This document shows, piece after piece, positions 40,047-50,701 of a stretch of 64,000 bases of DNA. The notes below the pieces were generated by a model that searched no databases, was not told where the DNA came from, and was given only the letters and a program-made list of their open reading frames with translations. Every line of letters starts with the position of its first letter. Within the stretch, counting starts at the first letter, position 1. Origin of the DNA: Dehalococcoidia bacterium (GTDB lineage: Bacteria; Chloroflexota; Dehalococcoidia; Lucifugimonadales; VXLM01); the NCBI GenBank assembly GCA_963662435.1, contig OY759598.1, positions 2,884,507 through 2,948,506 of the forward strand. Reading direction: 5' to 3'. A program made the translations under genes and the position numbers.

Positions 40047-40649
40047 ATGCCCGACCGCAACGATGCTCCGTCAAAGGAAGAAGTAGAGGACCTGGTAAGA
40101 CGAGCGCAGCAAGGACATAGTGAGGCGTTTGCGGGCCTGTATGAGGCCTACTACGACAAGATCTATCGCTACGTGATGTTTAAGACCGGTGACAGCCTTG
40201 AGGCGGAGGACCTGACCGAAGAAGTATTCCTGAGGATGTTGGAGTCGATTGGCTCCTTCAAGTGGCAGGGCTATCCATTCACGTCGTGGCTATTTCGCAT
40301 CGCGCACAACCTGGTTATCGACTACTATCGGAAGTCTGGACGGCAGAAGAAGACCTCCCTCGACGACGCGATGAGGGTGGTTGGAACGGACGGCGTGGAC
40401 ATCGACAGGAAGCTGGACGTGGAGCTATCGATCAAAGAGGTCAAGGACGCGATGGGCGGTCTGACGCGACTGCAGCAAGAGGTACTTTCGCTGCGGTTCG
40501 CGGGCGGACTGTCGGTCGCAGAGGCGGCCGAGGCGATGGGCAAGAAGGAAAACGCCGTCAAGGCGTTGCAGCACGCGGCGATAAAGAAGCTCCGAACGCT
40601 CCTCGGCCCGGCGATGGAAAAGGGCCTGATAAGCCAGGGCGGTGCATAG
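40047..40649 (+). CDS. ECF RNA polymerase sigma factor
   Basis: AEDLTEEVF, SWLFRIAHN, region-4 HTH (EAAEAMGKKENAVKALQH). Confidence 0.93.
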   Translation: MPDRNDAPSKEEVEDLVRRAQQGHSEAFAGLYEAYYDKIYRYVMFKTGDSLEAEDLTEEVFLRMLESIGSFKWQGYPFTSWLFRIAHNLVIDYYRKSGRQKKTSLDDAMRVVGTDGVDIDRKLDVELSIKEVKDAMGGLTRLQQEVLSLRFAGGLSVAEAAEAMGKKENAVKALQHAAIKKLRTLLGPAMEKGLISQGGA

Positions 40650-41535
40650 GATGAGCTCTACCGTAGACGACATTTTGAATGAATGCATCGAGCGTCTCGC
40701 CAGGGGTGAGACGGTTGAGCAGTGCCTCGCGAGCCATCCCGACTTCGCGGTCGAGCTGGAGCCGCTGCTGCGCACCTCCGCCGCGACCATGAACGTCGCC
40801 AACGCGATCACGCACCGCGAGGAGGCCAAGCAGCGGAGCCGGTACAGATTCACGGCGGCCATTGCGGACAGGGAGAAGGCGAGCAAGCAGGGATGGCTCG
40901 GACGTCTCATCGGGCCCACGAACTTGCGAGTGAAGCTCGCGCGGACGGCGCTCGTTGCCGTTGGCATAGTCGTGCTGGGGTCCGGCACCGCATACGGCGC
41001 GACCGTTGCCTCGGAGGACAGCGTGCCCGGCGATCCGCTCTACGCGGTCAAGACCCTTAAGGAGGACATCTCCCTGCGGATGCCGAAGTCGGACCTGGCG
41101 CGGGCGAAGGAGCACGCCCACCTGGCAAACGTCCGGACCGAAGAGGTCAGTGCCCTGATCGACCGCGGCCGATTGGACCACGCGAACGACCATGTGGTGA
41201 CCGTCACGTACCACCTGAACTCGTGCGCGGAGCTCGTCGGAGTCACGGTCACGGCGCACGCCAACCCTCTCGAAATGCCTGCCCAGCCCGCGCATACGGG
41301 CCACGAACACCGCATAGCAGAACTCGTCGCGTACTATGAGATCGAAGCACAGCGCGCTCGCAACCGCTTCGAGCGTCGCATGAGGCGTCTGCCGCCGCAT
41401 CGACAATGGGAAGCGTACCTGATGATGCAGCAGTGGGAGCTTATGCACCGAATGTTCATGCAGGCATTGCTCTACGAGGGCACTCCCCAATGGACGGTGG
41501 TCGGCGTCGATCCGAGGTCCGGTCCGCCGAAGTAG
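40642..41535 (+). CDS. putative anti-sigma factor (DUF5667 domain)
   Basis: Overlaps the sigma gene; TM helix followed by SVPGDPLYAVK..E. Confidence 0.75.
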   Translation: MHRMSSTVDDILNECIERLARGETVEQCLASHPDFAVELEPLLRTSAATMNVANAITHREEAKQRSRYRFTAAIADREKASKQGWLGRLIGPTNLRVKLARTALVAVGIVVLGSGTAYGATVASEDSVPGDPLYAVKTLKEDISLRMPKSDLARAKEHAHLANVRTEEVSALIDRGRLDHANDHVVTVTYHLNSCAELVGVTVTAHANPLEMPAQPAHTGHEHRIAELVAYYEIEAQRARNRFERRMRRLPPHRQWEAYLMMQQWELMHRMFMQALLYEGTPQWTVVGVDPRSGPPK

Positions 41536-41770
41536 AGCTGCGTCCGTCCCTGTCGCAGTGCGCCTGTCGGGAATTCGTGGGCGCCAATAGGGCTTCGTTC
41601 ACCCCCGCATCCTGTACGAGTCAGGCTGTAAGCCTATCGAAAGGCTCGCCACGAACGGTCTCAGCGACTAGTCGCACACCCTCGATCTTTCCATCATCGA
41701 ATCCGAGGACCTCTTTGCTACACTAGGTGGGAGAAACTCCCGCAAGCGGCGGGAGATACCCGGAGCAGCA

Positions 41771-42262
41771 ATGATCACGACCGACGAGATTGAAGCGCGG
41801 GTGGCGGACGACCTCAAGGCCGTTGACGTCCCTTACGAGGTGATCGCGTGCGATCCTGAGTCGGCGGACACGGCCGACTTCTGCGAGAGGTACGGGTACC
41901 GGCTGGAGGACTGCGGGAATACCATTGCGGTCGCGTCGAAACGGGGCGCGAAGAAGTACAGCGCCTGCGTGGTCAGGGGTTCCGACCGGCTCGACGTGAA
42001 CAGGACGGTGCGCAAGCTCATGGGCGTCTCGCGCGCCTCCTTCGCCTCGGCGGATGAGGTCATCGAGTTGACCGGGATGATGATCGGCGGAGTCACGCCG
42101 TTCGCCCTGCCGGAAGACCTGCCGGTCTACGTCGACCGCAGAGTGATGGAACTCGATAAGGTGATCCTCGGCTCCGGCAGCCGGTCATCGAAGATCTGGG
42201 TCTCGCCCGAGGCGCTCGAACGGCTGCCAAACGCGGAGGTCGTGGACGGGCTGTCGATGTAG
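41771..42262 (+). CDS. YbaK/EbsC family aminoacyl-tRNA editing domain protein
   Basis: TGMMIGGVTPF, LGSGSRSSK. Confidence 0.87.
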   Translation: MITTDEIEARVADDLKAVDVPYEVIACDPESADTADFCERYGYRLEDCGNTIAVASKRGAKKYSACVVRGSDRLDVNRTVRKLMGVSRASFASADEVIELTGMMIGGVTPFALPEDLPVYVDRRVMELDKVILGSGSRSSKIWVSPEALERLPNAEVVDGLSM

Positions 42263-42356
42263 GGGGGGTTGGGGCTACACATCACTTTTGAAGGCCCAAC
42301 CCAGCTGCAAATTCCATTACTGCTGGTATTTTGGCGGACTTAGGACTGAGTGAAGG

Positions 42357-42752
42357 TCATGGGCGCGACGCTCGTATTAGCTGCAACCCTGAGATGTCGT
42401 CAAAGTCGCCGTCGTCGGAGGCGATGGGACACGCGAGGCGTAGTGCGGTGGCAGCTATCCAGGCATCGGCAGTGTTCAACTTGTGCCCTGCGCGCTCTCG
42501 TTCGACCCTCAAGTTCGCAGAAATATCCGCTGTTTCAGGGTCTGGCCAGACCACTTCGTATTGCTCCAAGTGCAGCGCAAGATTGTTCCTTTGGCGCGCG
42601 CCCCATTGAGCCTTGAATGCTCCAAACCAAACTTCTTCAACCGTCTGAAATGAAAGTACAGCGCGCTGACCGGTGATATGGGGTAGATAGAAGTCGCCTC
42701 GCTCATGTCCCTTGAACAGAAGCGAAACGACGCTCGTATCCAAGACAATCAC
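42357..42752 (-). CDS. VapC-like PIN-domain protein
   Basis: IVLDTSVVS, EE, DAWIAATA, SDDGDF. Confidence 0.88.
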   Translation of the reverse strand: MIVLDTSVVSLLFKGHERGDFYLPHITGQRAVLSFQTVEEVWFGAFKAQWGARQRNNLALHLEQYEVVWPDPETADISANLRVERERAGHKLNTADAWIAATALRLACPIASDDGDFDDISGLQLIRASRP

Positions 42753-43609
42753 TCTGAATGCTCCCGCCGTACATCACGCCCTTCACGAATGCCACGAATG
42801 AACTCGTCCACGTCGAAGGGTTCCCTGGTAGTGACCATCTTTTCGGGATCGAAGATTCTGGGCTTAGGGTCATTTAAGAGAGTTTCTACATCGAAGGGAT
42901 CACTCCACGAACCTGCGGCCCTGATCTGTTGAACCTCTACGGTTGTCCACCTATCACTATCGTTGATCCTTCCGCTCCCTCTCACTTCCACACGCTGTGT
43001 GGCGAGCCTGAGCATGTCCTCATTAAATTCCTCCGAGAATCTCAATTGCACGTACTCACCTGAGTAGTCGTGTAGCTGGGCCGTGCCCTTGTCCCAATTG
43101 ACTTCATACAACCATCCATGGAGCAGGGCATCCACTACGCCTTTTGTCTTACGGGCAGCAGTGGGTCTGCGTGAAATTTCCACCCTGTGGGGGTCGTCAC
43201 TGCTGCCTAACGAAAGTCGTACTCCATGGGAGAGCTTGGCCGCAGTCGAATGTAGGGTGTCTTCTACATCCTTTGGCAGAGTGGAAGCTTGCGAACCATC
43301 CCACTCTTTCAAGGCTTCTATTGCACGGTTGCCGAAATCCTCCAAGTATGGCTGGCCGTTTGTGGGAGCCTCAACCTCTAAGTCAGCGATGAGGGAGCCG
43401 GGCCGAATATCTACTAGCCGCAGGGTGCTCTGGTCCCGTATCCACCTAGGAGGTTGGCCAGGACCCTTCTCACGGTCCCCTAAGTGCTGCACCATAAGCC
43501 GTACCGCATCTTGGATGCCCGTGAGGGCAGTGACGATCTCAGGCACTAGGCCGCCGGGCCGCGAATCATCCGGATCTGATAGAGCAAATGTGAGTCTTTG
43601 CACCGCCAT
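42749..43609 (-). CDS. hypothetical protein, translationally coupled to the PIN gene
   Basis: 286 aa, GGAGG RBS, GTGA overlap with the PIN gene. Confidence 0.7.
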   Translation of the reverse strand: MAVQRLTFALSDPDDSRPGGLVPEIVTALTGIQDAVRLMVQHLGDREKGPGQPPRWIRDQSTLRLVDIRPGSLIADLEVEAPTNGQPYLEDFGNRAIEALKEWDGSQASTLPKDVEDTLHSTAAKLSHGVRLSLGSSDDPHRVEISRRPTAARKTKGVVDALLHGWLYEVNWDKGTAQLHDYSGEYVQLRFSEEFNEDMLRLATQRVEVRGSGRINDSDRWTTVEVQQIRAAGSWSDPFDVETLLNDPKPRIFDPEKMVTTREPFDVDEFIRGIREGRDVRREHSE

Positions 43610-44041
43610 GACCTCCTCCCAACGCTAGTGCGCTACCATGGTGCCGCCGGAGTTTCAGTATATCACCCAGCTATCGAAATACGAGTCAGAAGCTGGCGCG
43701 TGCCAGTTCTTACTCAGTGGGGTACACAGTTTCGCATCTTTGTGAATCGATGTTAGAGTGTCGAACCCAATCCTGCGATTCATCGTGTTCGGCCCCACCT
43801 CCTGAGCACCCCGTCAACCCCCTCCGGCCTCCGCTCCCGCTGCCTCTGACCTACTCTCCGAATACTGAAATGAATTTCCCGAAAAATAGGACTCCAAAAA
43901 CCTTGACCCCCCTTCAGAGCGGCGTATACTGGATTGCGAGGGTTCTGATTTCGAGCGATTAAGCGGGTACCGTGCCCGCTGTTTGTTTGTCTCCCCTCGT
44001 AGATTGATGAAGGGTCCTGCCGGGGGCACAAGCCCGGCCTG

Positions 44042-45841
44042 ATGAGACTACTCGTACGAATCCTCAGGTTCCCCTGGAACCACAAGCGGCGACTTCTGGC
44101 CGCGTACCTGTTCACAGCAGGCGCTACCGCCGCATACGTATTTCTCCCCCAGCTTTTCGGGAACGCGGTCGATACGGTGGCCGGCCTGATCGAGGCTGGC
44201 GAACCCGCCAACTCGGTCATACTCGGCACCTGCATCCTGATACTCCTGCTCGGCATCGCGCGCGGCATCTTCTCGTTCGGGCAGATGTACATGGGCGAGT
44301 CGCTGGGACAGCACGTCGTCTACGACCTGCGAAACCGGTTCTACAACCACGTCCAGCACCTGGGATTCGGCTTCCACGACGGCCAGCACACCGGCAAGCT
44401 GATGTCCAAGGCCATCACGGACGTCGAGGCGATCCGAATGTTCGTCAACCTCGTCGTCGTGCGCACGCCCTACTTCCTGGTCCTGTTCGCCGTGGTGGTG
44501 TTCCTCATGATGCGGATCGACTGGCAGCTGGGACTCATCAGCCTGGCGCTGCTGCCCGTCACCATGACCGTGGCCAGCATGATACGGCTGCGAATGCGGA
44601 ACGCGTGGCTCGAGGTACAGGAGAAGCTCGCCGTACTGAACACGACGCTCCAGGAGAACCTGACGGGCTCGCGTGTGGTCAAGGCATTCGCCTCCTCCGA
44701 CTACGAAGAGGAGAAGTTCCGGGTCCATAACCAGGCCGTCGCCGACGACATGTACAGGGCGATGCGGCTGAATGCCTTCAACGGCTCGTTCGTGCTCTTC
44801 ACCTTCATGCTGACGCTCGGCCTCGTGCTCCTGTTCGGAGGCCTCGGCGTGATCGACGGGCGCATGACGCTCGGCGAGTTCACCAAGTTCATCCTCTACC
44901 TGCAAATACTGGCTCAGCCGTTCCGCATGGCGGGCATGATCGTGAACAACCTCGCTCGGGCGATGTCCGCCGCGACTCGCATATTCGAGGTGCTCGACGC
45001 AGAATCGCCGGTCCGCGACCGCCGAAACGCCGTCGAGATGAAACGCGCCGCCGGTCACGTGCGGCTCGATAACGTCGGCTTCGAGTACCGCAGGAACGCG
45101 CCGGTGCTGGACGGCCTTAACCTCGACGTTCCGGCCGGACGCGTCGTTGCCCTGCTGGGAGCGCCCGGCAGCGGCAAGAGCACTCTCGCCAGCCTGATAC
45201 CGCGATTCTACGACTCGACATCCGGCACGGTCACGATCGACGGGACGGATGTCCGTGGAGTGACGCTGAAGTCGCTGCGCCGGAACATCGGCGTGGTGCA
45301 GCAGGACGTGTTCCTGTTCACCGACACCATTGCCAACAACATCGCCTACGGACGCCCCGAAGCGAGCATGGATGACGTAATCGCGGCGGCGAAGGTCGCC
45401 CAGCTTCACGAGCACATCGAGGGCCTGCCCGACGGCTACGAGACCGTCCTGGGCGAGCGCGGAGTTTCGCTCTCCGGAGGCCAGCGTCAGCGCCTGTCGA
45501 TAGCGCGCGCCGTCCTCCTCGATCCGCCGATCCTCGTGCTCGACGACTCCACTTCGAGCGTCGACGCGCGCACGGAAAATGAGATACGCAAGGCGATGGC
45601 GTTGGTGATGGAAGGCCGCACGACCTTCATCATCGCTCACCGCCTCAGCACGGTCCATGCCGCCGATATGATCGTCGTCCTGCAGGACGGGCGAATAGTG
45701 GAGCGCGGCAACCATGCCGAGCTCGTCAATCACGGCGGCCTGTACCGCGAGATCTACGACCTGCAGCTTCGGCCGCAGGAAGAGGTCCTGATGGAGTTTG
45801 ACGTTTCGGCCGAGGTGGCCGCCGGGAGGAGTGCATCATGA
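44042..45841 (+). CDS. ABC exporter, fused TMD-NBD subunit
   Basis: Six TM helices, GAPGSGKS, LSGGQRQR, degenerate Walker B (LDDS). Confidence 0.93.
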   Translation: MRLLVRILRFPWNHKRRLLAAYLFTAGATAAYVFLPQLFGNAVDTVAGLIEAGEPANSVILGTCILILLLGIARGIFSFGQMYMGESLGQHVVYDLRNRFYNHVQHLGFGFHDGQHTGKLMSKAITDVEAIRMFVNLVVVRTPYFLVLFAVVVFLMMRIDWQLGLISLALLPVTMTVASMIRLRMRNAWLEVQEKLAVLNTTLQENLTGSRVVKAFASSDYEEEKFRVHNQAVADDMYRAMRLNAFNGSFVLFTFMLTLGLVLLFGGLGVIDGRMTLGEFTKFILYLQILAQPFRMAGMIVNNLARAMSAATRIFEVLDAESPVRDRRNAVEMKRAAGHVRLDNVGFEYRRNAPVLDGLNLDVPAGRVVALLGAPGSGKSTLASLIPRFYDSTSGTVTIDGTDVRGVTLKSLRRNIGVVQQDVFLFTDTIANNIAYGRPEASMDDVIAAAKVAQLHEHIEGLPDGYETVLGERGVSLSGGQRQRLSIARAVLLDPPILVLDDSTSSVDARTENEIRKAMALVMEGRTTFIIAHRLSTVHAADMIVVLQDGRIVERGNHAELVNHGGLYREIYDLQLRPQEEVLMEFDVSAEVAAGRSAS

Positions 45842-47664
45842 TGCAGTCCTTCGGCGGGAGACCGTCAGGTGCGAGCAAGGACGGTCTGGACGAGGAGGTC
45901 TTCGGGAACGCCGTCGACCCCAAGGTCATCCGCAGGCTGCTCCCCTACATCCTCCCTCAGACCCGGCTGGTCATCATCGCCGTCATCGCAATGCTGCTCT
46001 TCGCGGCGACGCAGGTGTCGGTGCCGTGGCTCATCAAGCTCGGTATCGACAGCTACATCGCCCACAACGACCGCTCGGGCCTCATCATGGTGGCAGGCCT
46101 GTTCTTCGGGAGCGCGGTTATAAACTGGATATCCCTCTACGTGCAGGACATCATGATCACGAAGGCAGGACAGGGCGTCCTGCTGGCTCTGCGTCGCGAC
46201 ATGTTCGCACACATGCAGAAGCAGTCGATGCGCTTCTTCGACAAGACCGAGGTCGGACGCATCATGTCGCGCGTTCAGGGCGACGTATACCAGCTCCAGG
46301 AATTCCTCGGCACCATCGTCACGACGGTGGGCGACTTCCTCAGCCTCGGCGGCATCATTGCCGTCATGCTGATCCTCGACGTGCGGCTGGGGCTCCTCGC
46401 TCTGGTCGTCCTGCCGCTGCTCGCCATTGCGATGTCCGTGTGGCAGCCGTTCGCCAAGAGGACATTCGTCAAAGCAAGGGCGACGATCTCGATTGTGAAC
46501 GCGTCGCTGAACGAGAACATTAGCGGCGTGCGCGTCGTCCAGGCGATGAACCGCCAGGACGAGAACCTCCGCCAGTTCGACGTGAAGAACCGCAGCAACC
46601 TCAATGCCTTCCTCGGAGCCGGACGGCTCTCGGCGGGCGTTCTGCCGATGGTCGACTTCCTGCCGGCGGCGGCAATCGGCCTGGTGCTCTACTTCGGCTC
46701 CAGCATGGTCACGGGCGGAGTCATCGAGATCGGCCTGCTGATCGCGTTCATCATGTACATCCAGCGCTTCTTCGACCCGATCCGCAACCTGACCATCCAG
46801 TACACCCTGCTTCAGAGGGCCATGGCATCCGGCACGCGCATCTTCGAGACGCTGGACGTCGAGCCCGACATGGTCGACGCTCCGAACGCTACCGTGCTGC
46901 CGCCGATCAGCGGTCAGATCGAATTGAAGAACGTGAGCTTCGCCTACAAGAAGGGCGAGGATGTCGTGCAGGACCTGAGCCTTCGCGTGGAGCCGGGACA
47001 GTCGGTCGCCATCGTCGGCCCTACGGGCGCGGGCAAGACGACGCTCGTGTCGCTCATCGCCCGGTTCTACGACGTTGAGCGCGGACGGGGCGCCGTGCTG
47101 GTGGACGGGCACGACGTGCGCGATGTCGTACGCGCGTCCCTGGCCAGCCAGATGAGCATGGTGCTCCAGGAGCCGTTCCTCTTCTCCGGCACCGTGCGAG
47201 AGAACATCAAGTACAACCACGTCGACGTTTCCGAAGAGAAGATGATCGAGGCAGCCGAGGCAGTAGGGGCACACAACTTCATCACCAAGCTCGAAGACGG
47301 GTACGACACTTACCTCGAGGAGCGCGGCGAGAACCTCAGCGTGGGACAGCGTCAACTCATCAGCTTCGCCCGCTCAATCGTGGCTGATCCCAAGGTACTC
47401 ATCCTCGACGAGGCGACGGCCAACATCGACAGCCACACCGAGGCGCAGATCCAGCTTGCGCTGCGGAGCCTGCTCAAGGGCAGGACGGCAATCGTCATCG
47501 CCCACCGGCTCTCGACCATTCGCGGGGCCGATAAGATCGTCGTGCTCAATAAGGGCGAGCTGGCGGAAGAGGGCACCCACGACGAGTTGCTCGACCGGGG
47601 CGGCCTCTACTCGCACCTGTACCACATGAACTACGCCGTCCTCGAAGAGATCGGCGTCAACTAG
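45838..47664 (+). CDS. ABC exporter, fused TMD-NBD subunit (heterodimer partner)
   Basis: GPTGAGKT, LSVGQRQ, LDEAT; overlaps the upstream gene. Confidence 0.93.
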   Translation: MMQSFGGRPSGASKDGLDEEVFGNAVDPKVIRRLLPYILPQTRLVIIAVIAMLLFAATQVSVPWLIKLGIDSYIAHNDRSGLIMVAGLFFGSAVINWISLYVQDIMITKAGQGVLLALRRDMFAHMQKQSMRFFDKTEVGRIMSRVQGDVYQLQEFLGTIVTTVGDFLSLGGIIAVMLILDVRLGLLALVVLPLLAIAMSVWQPFAKRTFVKARATISIVNASLNENISGVRVVQAMNRQDENLRQFDVKNRSNLNAFLGAGRLSAGVLPMVDFLPAAAIGLVLYFGSSMVTGGVIEIGLLIAFIMYIQRFFDPIRNLTIQYTLLQRAMASGTRIFETLDVEPDMVDAPNATVLPPISGQIELKNVSFAYKKGEDVVQDLSLRVEPGQSVAIVGPTGAGKTTLVSLIARFYDVERGRGAVLVDGHDVRDVVRASLASQMSMVLQEPFLFSGTVRENIKYNHVDVSEEKMIEAAEAVGAHNFITKLEDGYDTYLEERGENLSVGQRQLISFARSIVADPKVLILDEATANIDSHTEAQIQLALRSLLKGRTAIVIAHRLSTIRGADKIVVLNKGELAEEGTHDELLDRGGLYSHLYHMNYAVLEEIGVN

Positions 47665-47717
47665 CCCCCGGTACGTCCTGTAGAATACTCGTTACACTCT
47701 GTTCTCAGGACGGCAGC

Positions 47718-48509
47718 ATGACCGAGTACTTCCGCGCATCGCGCCACCTCGACCTCGAAGGCGCATACAACCTCAGGGACATCGGCGGATACGAGACCGC
47801 CGACGGTCGAACGACCCGACCGCGAACGCTGTATCGGTCCGACAACCTCCACAACCTCACACCGGACTCGCAGCTCGCGCTGGTGTCGGAGGGGCTGCGC
47901 AGTGTCGTTGACCTGCGGGTGACCGACTCCGTCATACAACACCCAAATGTCTTCGTCGAGTCTACGGAGGTGAACTACAACTGGGTGAACGTCATGGGCG
48001 ACGAGCCCTTGGTGGAGGTGTCGGACATCAACGTCTCGTCGCTGGGTCCCGACCGGCCGCCGGACATCTACGCAGCCATCCTCGACGTACGGCGGGAGTG
48101 GATGGGCAAGGTCGTCAAGCTCCTTGCGGCGCCCGGAACGCTCCCTGCCCTCTACCACTGCAACTCAGGTCGCGATCGCGCGGGACTTGTGACGATGCTG
48201 CTGCTGAGCATAGCAGGGGTGCCACCGGAGACCATCGTCCGGGACTACAGCTCGTCCGCCACGTACCTGTGGCGGCGCATCCCCGACCGCGCGGCTGGGA
48301 AGCGCTTGCGTCTCGACCCCGCAGAATTCGACGCCAACGAGGAGTACCGCGAGGCATTCGAGACTGAGCGAAACATAGCGCCGCCTCCGGCCATGCGAGC
48401 AAGCATCGAGCACCTCGACCGCGAGTACGGCGGAGTGCGACCGTACCTCACCGGCGTGGGCGTCACCGAAGAAGAACTGGAGCGGCTGCGGACGGCGATG
48501 GTGGAATAA
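47718..48509 (+). CDS. tyrosine-protein phosphatase (Y_phosphatase3 type)
   Basis: NLRDIGGY, HCNSGRDRAG (HCxxGxDR). Confidence 0.88.
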   Translation: MTEYFRASRHLDLEGAYNLRDIGGYETADGRTTRPRTLYRSDNLHNLTPDSQLALVSEGLRSVVDLRVTDSVIQHPNVFVESTEVNYNWVNVMGDEPLVEVSDINVSSLGPDRPPDIYAAILDVRREWMGKVVKLLAAPGTLPALYHCNSGRDRAGLVTMLLLSIAGVPPETIVRDYSSSATYLWRRIPDRAAGKRLRLDPAEFDANEEYREAFETERNIAPPPAMRASIEHLDREYGGVRPYLTGVGVTEEELERLRTAMVE

Positions 48510-48556
48510 ACTCGCGACGCGCTTGATCTGCGCCCGCGACTTCTAACCGGTCCCGC

Positions 48557-49276
48557 CTACCTGTACAGCTGAGTTGCGGTCGTGACGTTGCCGATGTGCC
48601 AGAGCACCGACGGCGGCAGTACCAGGAGGAGGGCGACTACCGTCACCGAAAGCCCTATCGCGAGTAGAGGCGGGCCGTATCTGGCGGCCTGGGCGTTGGA
48701 AAGCGCAGCGAGACGATCGATGGCCCATCCACCGACTGCAAAAAGCAGCGCAGCGGAAATGGCCGTGTACATGAACTGGCCGCCCTCGGAGACCATGCGG
48801 AAGGGAATTCCGAAAACCGTGTCGAGGGAGAATCCCAAGAAGTCGACGAACGGTATGGCGCCGTCGACGTACGCCATCACCACGTTTGCCTGAGGCAGCG
48901 CTACTCCCCCCAGGAGAAGCGAAAAGACGACCCAGTAGGTCGCACCGATGGCGGCCCAAGGGAGGATGCCCAGGGCGTGGCGCGGAGTCGACGACTCGAA
49001 AGCACGGGTAGACCTGTTGATGAGGAACCCAATGAACCCTGCAATCACCAGTCCCGTCACGCCTCCGACCAGCATGAAATAGACGACGTCATCGGGAGGC
49101 AAGGCGTCAGCATCGACGGAGAACTTTGAGGTTAACCCCACGACGTTTGTGATGACGACTGCCCCGCCCAGGGCTGCGCCGAAGAGTCCCAGGCTTGCCG
49201 CGAAACGCCAACGGGGACGCGTGTCCTCTCGCGGATCGGCCAGCACGATTTTCGATGTGTCGACGGTGCTCGTCAC
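48557..49276 (-). CDS. hypothetical multi-pass membrane protein
   Basis: About five hydrophobic segments. Confidence 0.65.
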   Translation of the reverse strand: MTSTVDTSKIVLADPREDTRPRWRFAASLGLFGAALGGAVVITNVVGLTSKFSVDADALPPDDVVYFMLVGGVTGLVIAGFIGFLINRSTRAFESSTPRHALGILPWAAIGATYWVVFSLLLGGVALPQANVVMAYVDGAIPFVDFLGFSLDTVFGIPFRMVSEGGQFMYTAISAALLFAVGGWAIDRLAALSNAQAARYGPPLLAIGLSVTVVALLLVLPPSVLWHIGNVTTATQLYR

Positions 49277-49336
49277 GAATACTGCTCGGTAGAGCTACAG
49301 GATACTTCCAGTGTAGCACCTACGGCACCTGCGCCA

Positions 49337-50680
49337 CTACGCCGCCATCTTCACACGGTATCCGGGATGGCCGGGCGCGCCGTACAGGGAACAGCCAGTG
49401 CATGATCTTACCTGTCCGCATGGCGCGGCTGTGGTGGCCTCCGGGCGCGATGCGGAGGTGCTGACAGTCGCCGGACGGCTCGGCTGCTCCTTGAAGAGAT
49501 CGAGCTTGAGCTGCCTTGCAGGCGTTACTTCGCTACCGGGGAACGACACGAAGGGTGTTGCCCGCTTGCGTACAACGCCCATGGCCTGGAGGTCTCGCCA
49601 CGTGTCGATCCTGTGGCGCTCGCGCTGTCGGATGATCCGGTCCGCCGAGGTCGGCCCGATGCCGGGCACCCGCAGTAGGTCGGCCTTGTTCGCGGCGTTG
49701 ATGTCGAGCGGGAACCGGTCCGCGTTCGACAGGGCGATGACCGTCTTCGGGTCGTCCTCCAGCGAGAGGAACCCCGCCGGGTCGTACGCGTGGCGGATCT
49801 CGTCGTCGTCATAGCGGTATATGCGCTTGAGCCAGTCGACCTGGTAGAGACGGTTCGTCCGCCACATCGGAGTCGCCTCGTGGTCCTCCAGCGGCGTGTA
49901 GCGGATCGGCAGGAACGGGTTGTAGTACACCCGCTTGAAGTTCCACTGGCCGTAGAGCTGCGTTATGCGTTGGTAGACGTCCCAGTCTGACTCGTCCGCC
50001 GCGCCCACGACCAGCTGCGTCACCTGTCCGACCGCTCCTCCTGGATTCCGCTGTCGCAGGAGGCCGTCCATCCAGTGCATCTGCGAGAGCATGTCGCGCT
50101 CGAGGTCCTTCATCTTGCTGAGGCGCTTCATGCCCTCGACCGTCGGCGTTTCGAGGTTGACGGAGAGCCGGGTCCCCAGCCGGTACGCCTGCTCCACGTA
50201 CTCGTACTCCGTGCCCGGCATGATCTTGAGGTGAATGTATCCCTTGAAGCCGTACTTGTTGCGGACGAGGTCGACTACCTTGATGAGCTTCTCGGTCGTC
50301 TTCGACCCGGAACCCGCCACGCCGGAGCTGAGGAACAGCCCCGCGACGGTGTGCCTCTTCTCCAACTCGTGGAAGGTGCGGGCGAGTTCGTCGACCTTGA
50401 AGGAGAACCGCTTGCGGGGCACCCAGTGGCTGTTCGGGCAGAAGTGGCAGTCCATCTTGCAGAAGTCGGTGAACATCACGCGGAACAGGTTTATCGTCTT
50501 GCCATTCGGCATCGACGCCTTGTACACGCCCGGCGCCGGGTTGCTCTCGGCCCGCGAGTAGGGAGCTCTCACGGCCGCATAGTCGTTCCCCGTCCTCGGA
50601 CGAGACAGCACGTCGTCCGTGGCCATTCCCGCCAGCTTCTCCAGCTTCTGGTATCTATCCGGATCGCTCTGTATCAGCAC
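49337..50680 (-). CDS. putative DNA modification/repair radical SAM protein with helix-hairpin-helix domain
   Basis: CKMDCHFC (CxxxCxxC), GLFLSSG, GYIHLKI, RLYQVDWL, LLRVPGIGP; GTG 50680 after AAGGAGG. Confidence 0.85.
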   Translation of the reverse strand: MLIQSDPDRYQKLEKLAGMATDDVLSRPRTGNDYAAVRAPYSRAESNPAPGVYKASMPNGKTINLFRVMFTDFCKMDCHFCPNSHWVPRKRFSFKVDELARTFHELEKRHTVAGLFLSSGVAGSGSKTTEKLIKVVDLVRNKYGFKGYIHLKIMPGTEYEYVEQAYRLGTRLSVNLETPTVEGMKRLSKMKDLERDMLSQMHWMDGLLRQRNPGGAVGQVTQLVVGAADESDWDVYQRITQLYGQWNFKRVYYNPFLPIRYTPLEDHEATPMWRTNRLYQVDWLKRIYRYDDDEIRHAYDPAGFLSLEDDPKTVIALSNADRFPLDINAANKADLLRVPGIGPTSADRIIRQRERHRIDTWRDLQAMGVVRKRATPFVSFPGSEVTPARQLKLDLFKEQPSRPATVSTSASRPEATTAAPCGQVRSCTGCSLYGAPGHPGYRVKMAA

Positions 50681-50701
50681 GACGGCCCTCCTCCTTGATG
50701 A

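Noticed and set aside
43958..43980. T-box riboswitch (GGGTACCGTG)
   Set aside because: Only a partial match to the T-box sequence, the leader is too short for stem I, and the downstream genes are not amino-acid related.
44048..47355. Long antisense ORFs (44048..45733, 45865..47355; likewise 2039..3154, 30119..31663, 50964..52193)
   Set aside because: Shadow ORFs opposite well-supported genes, expected in high-GC DNA.
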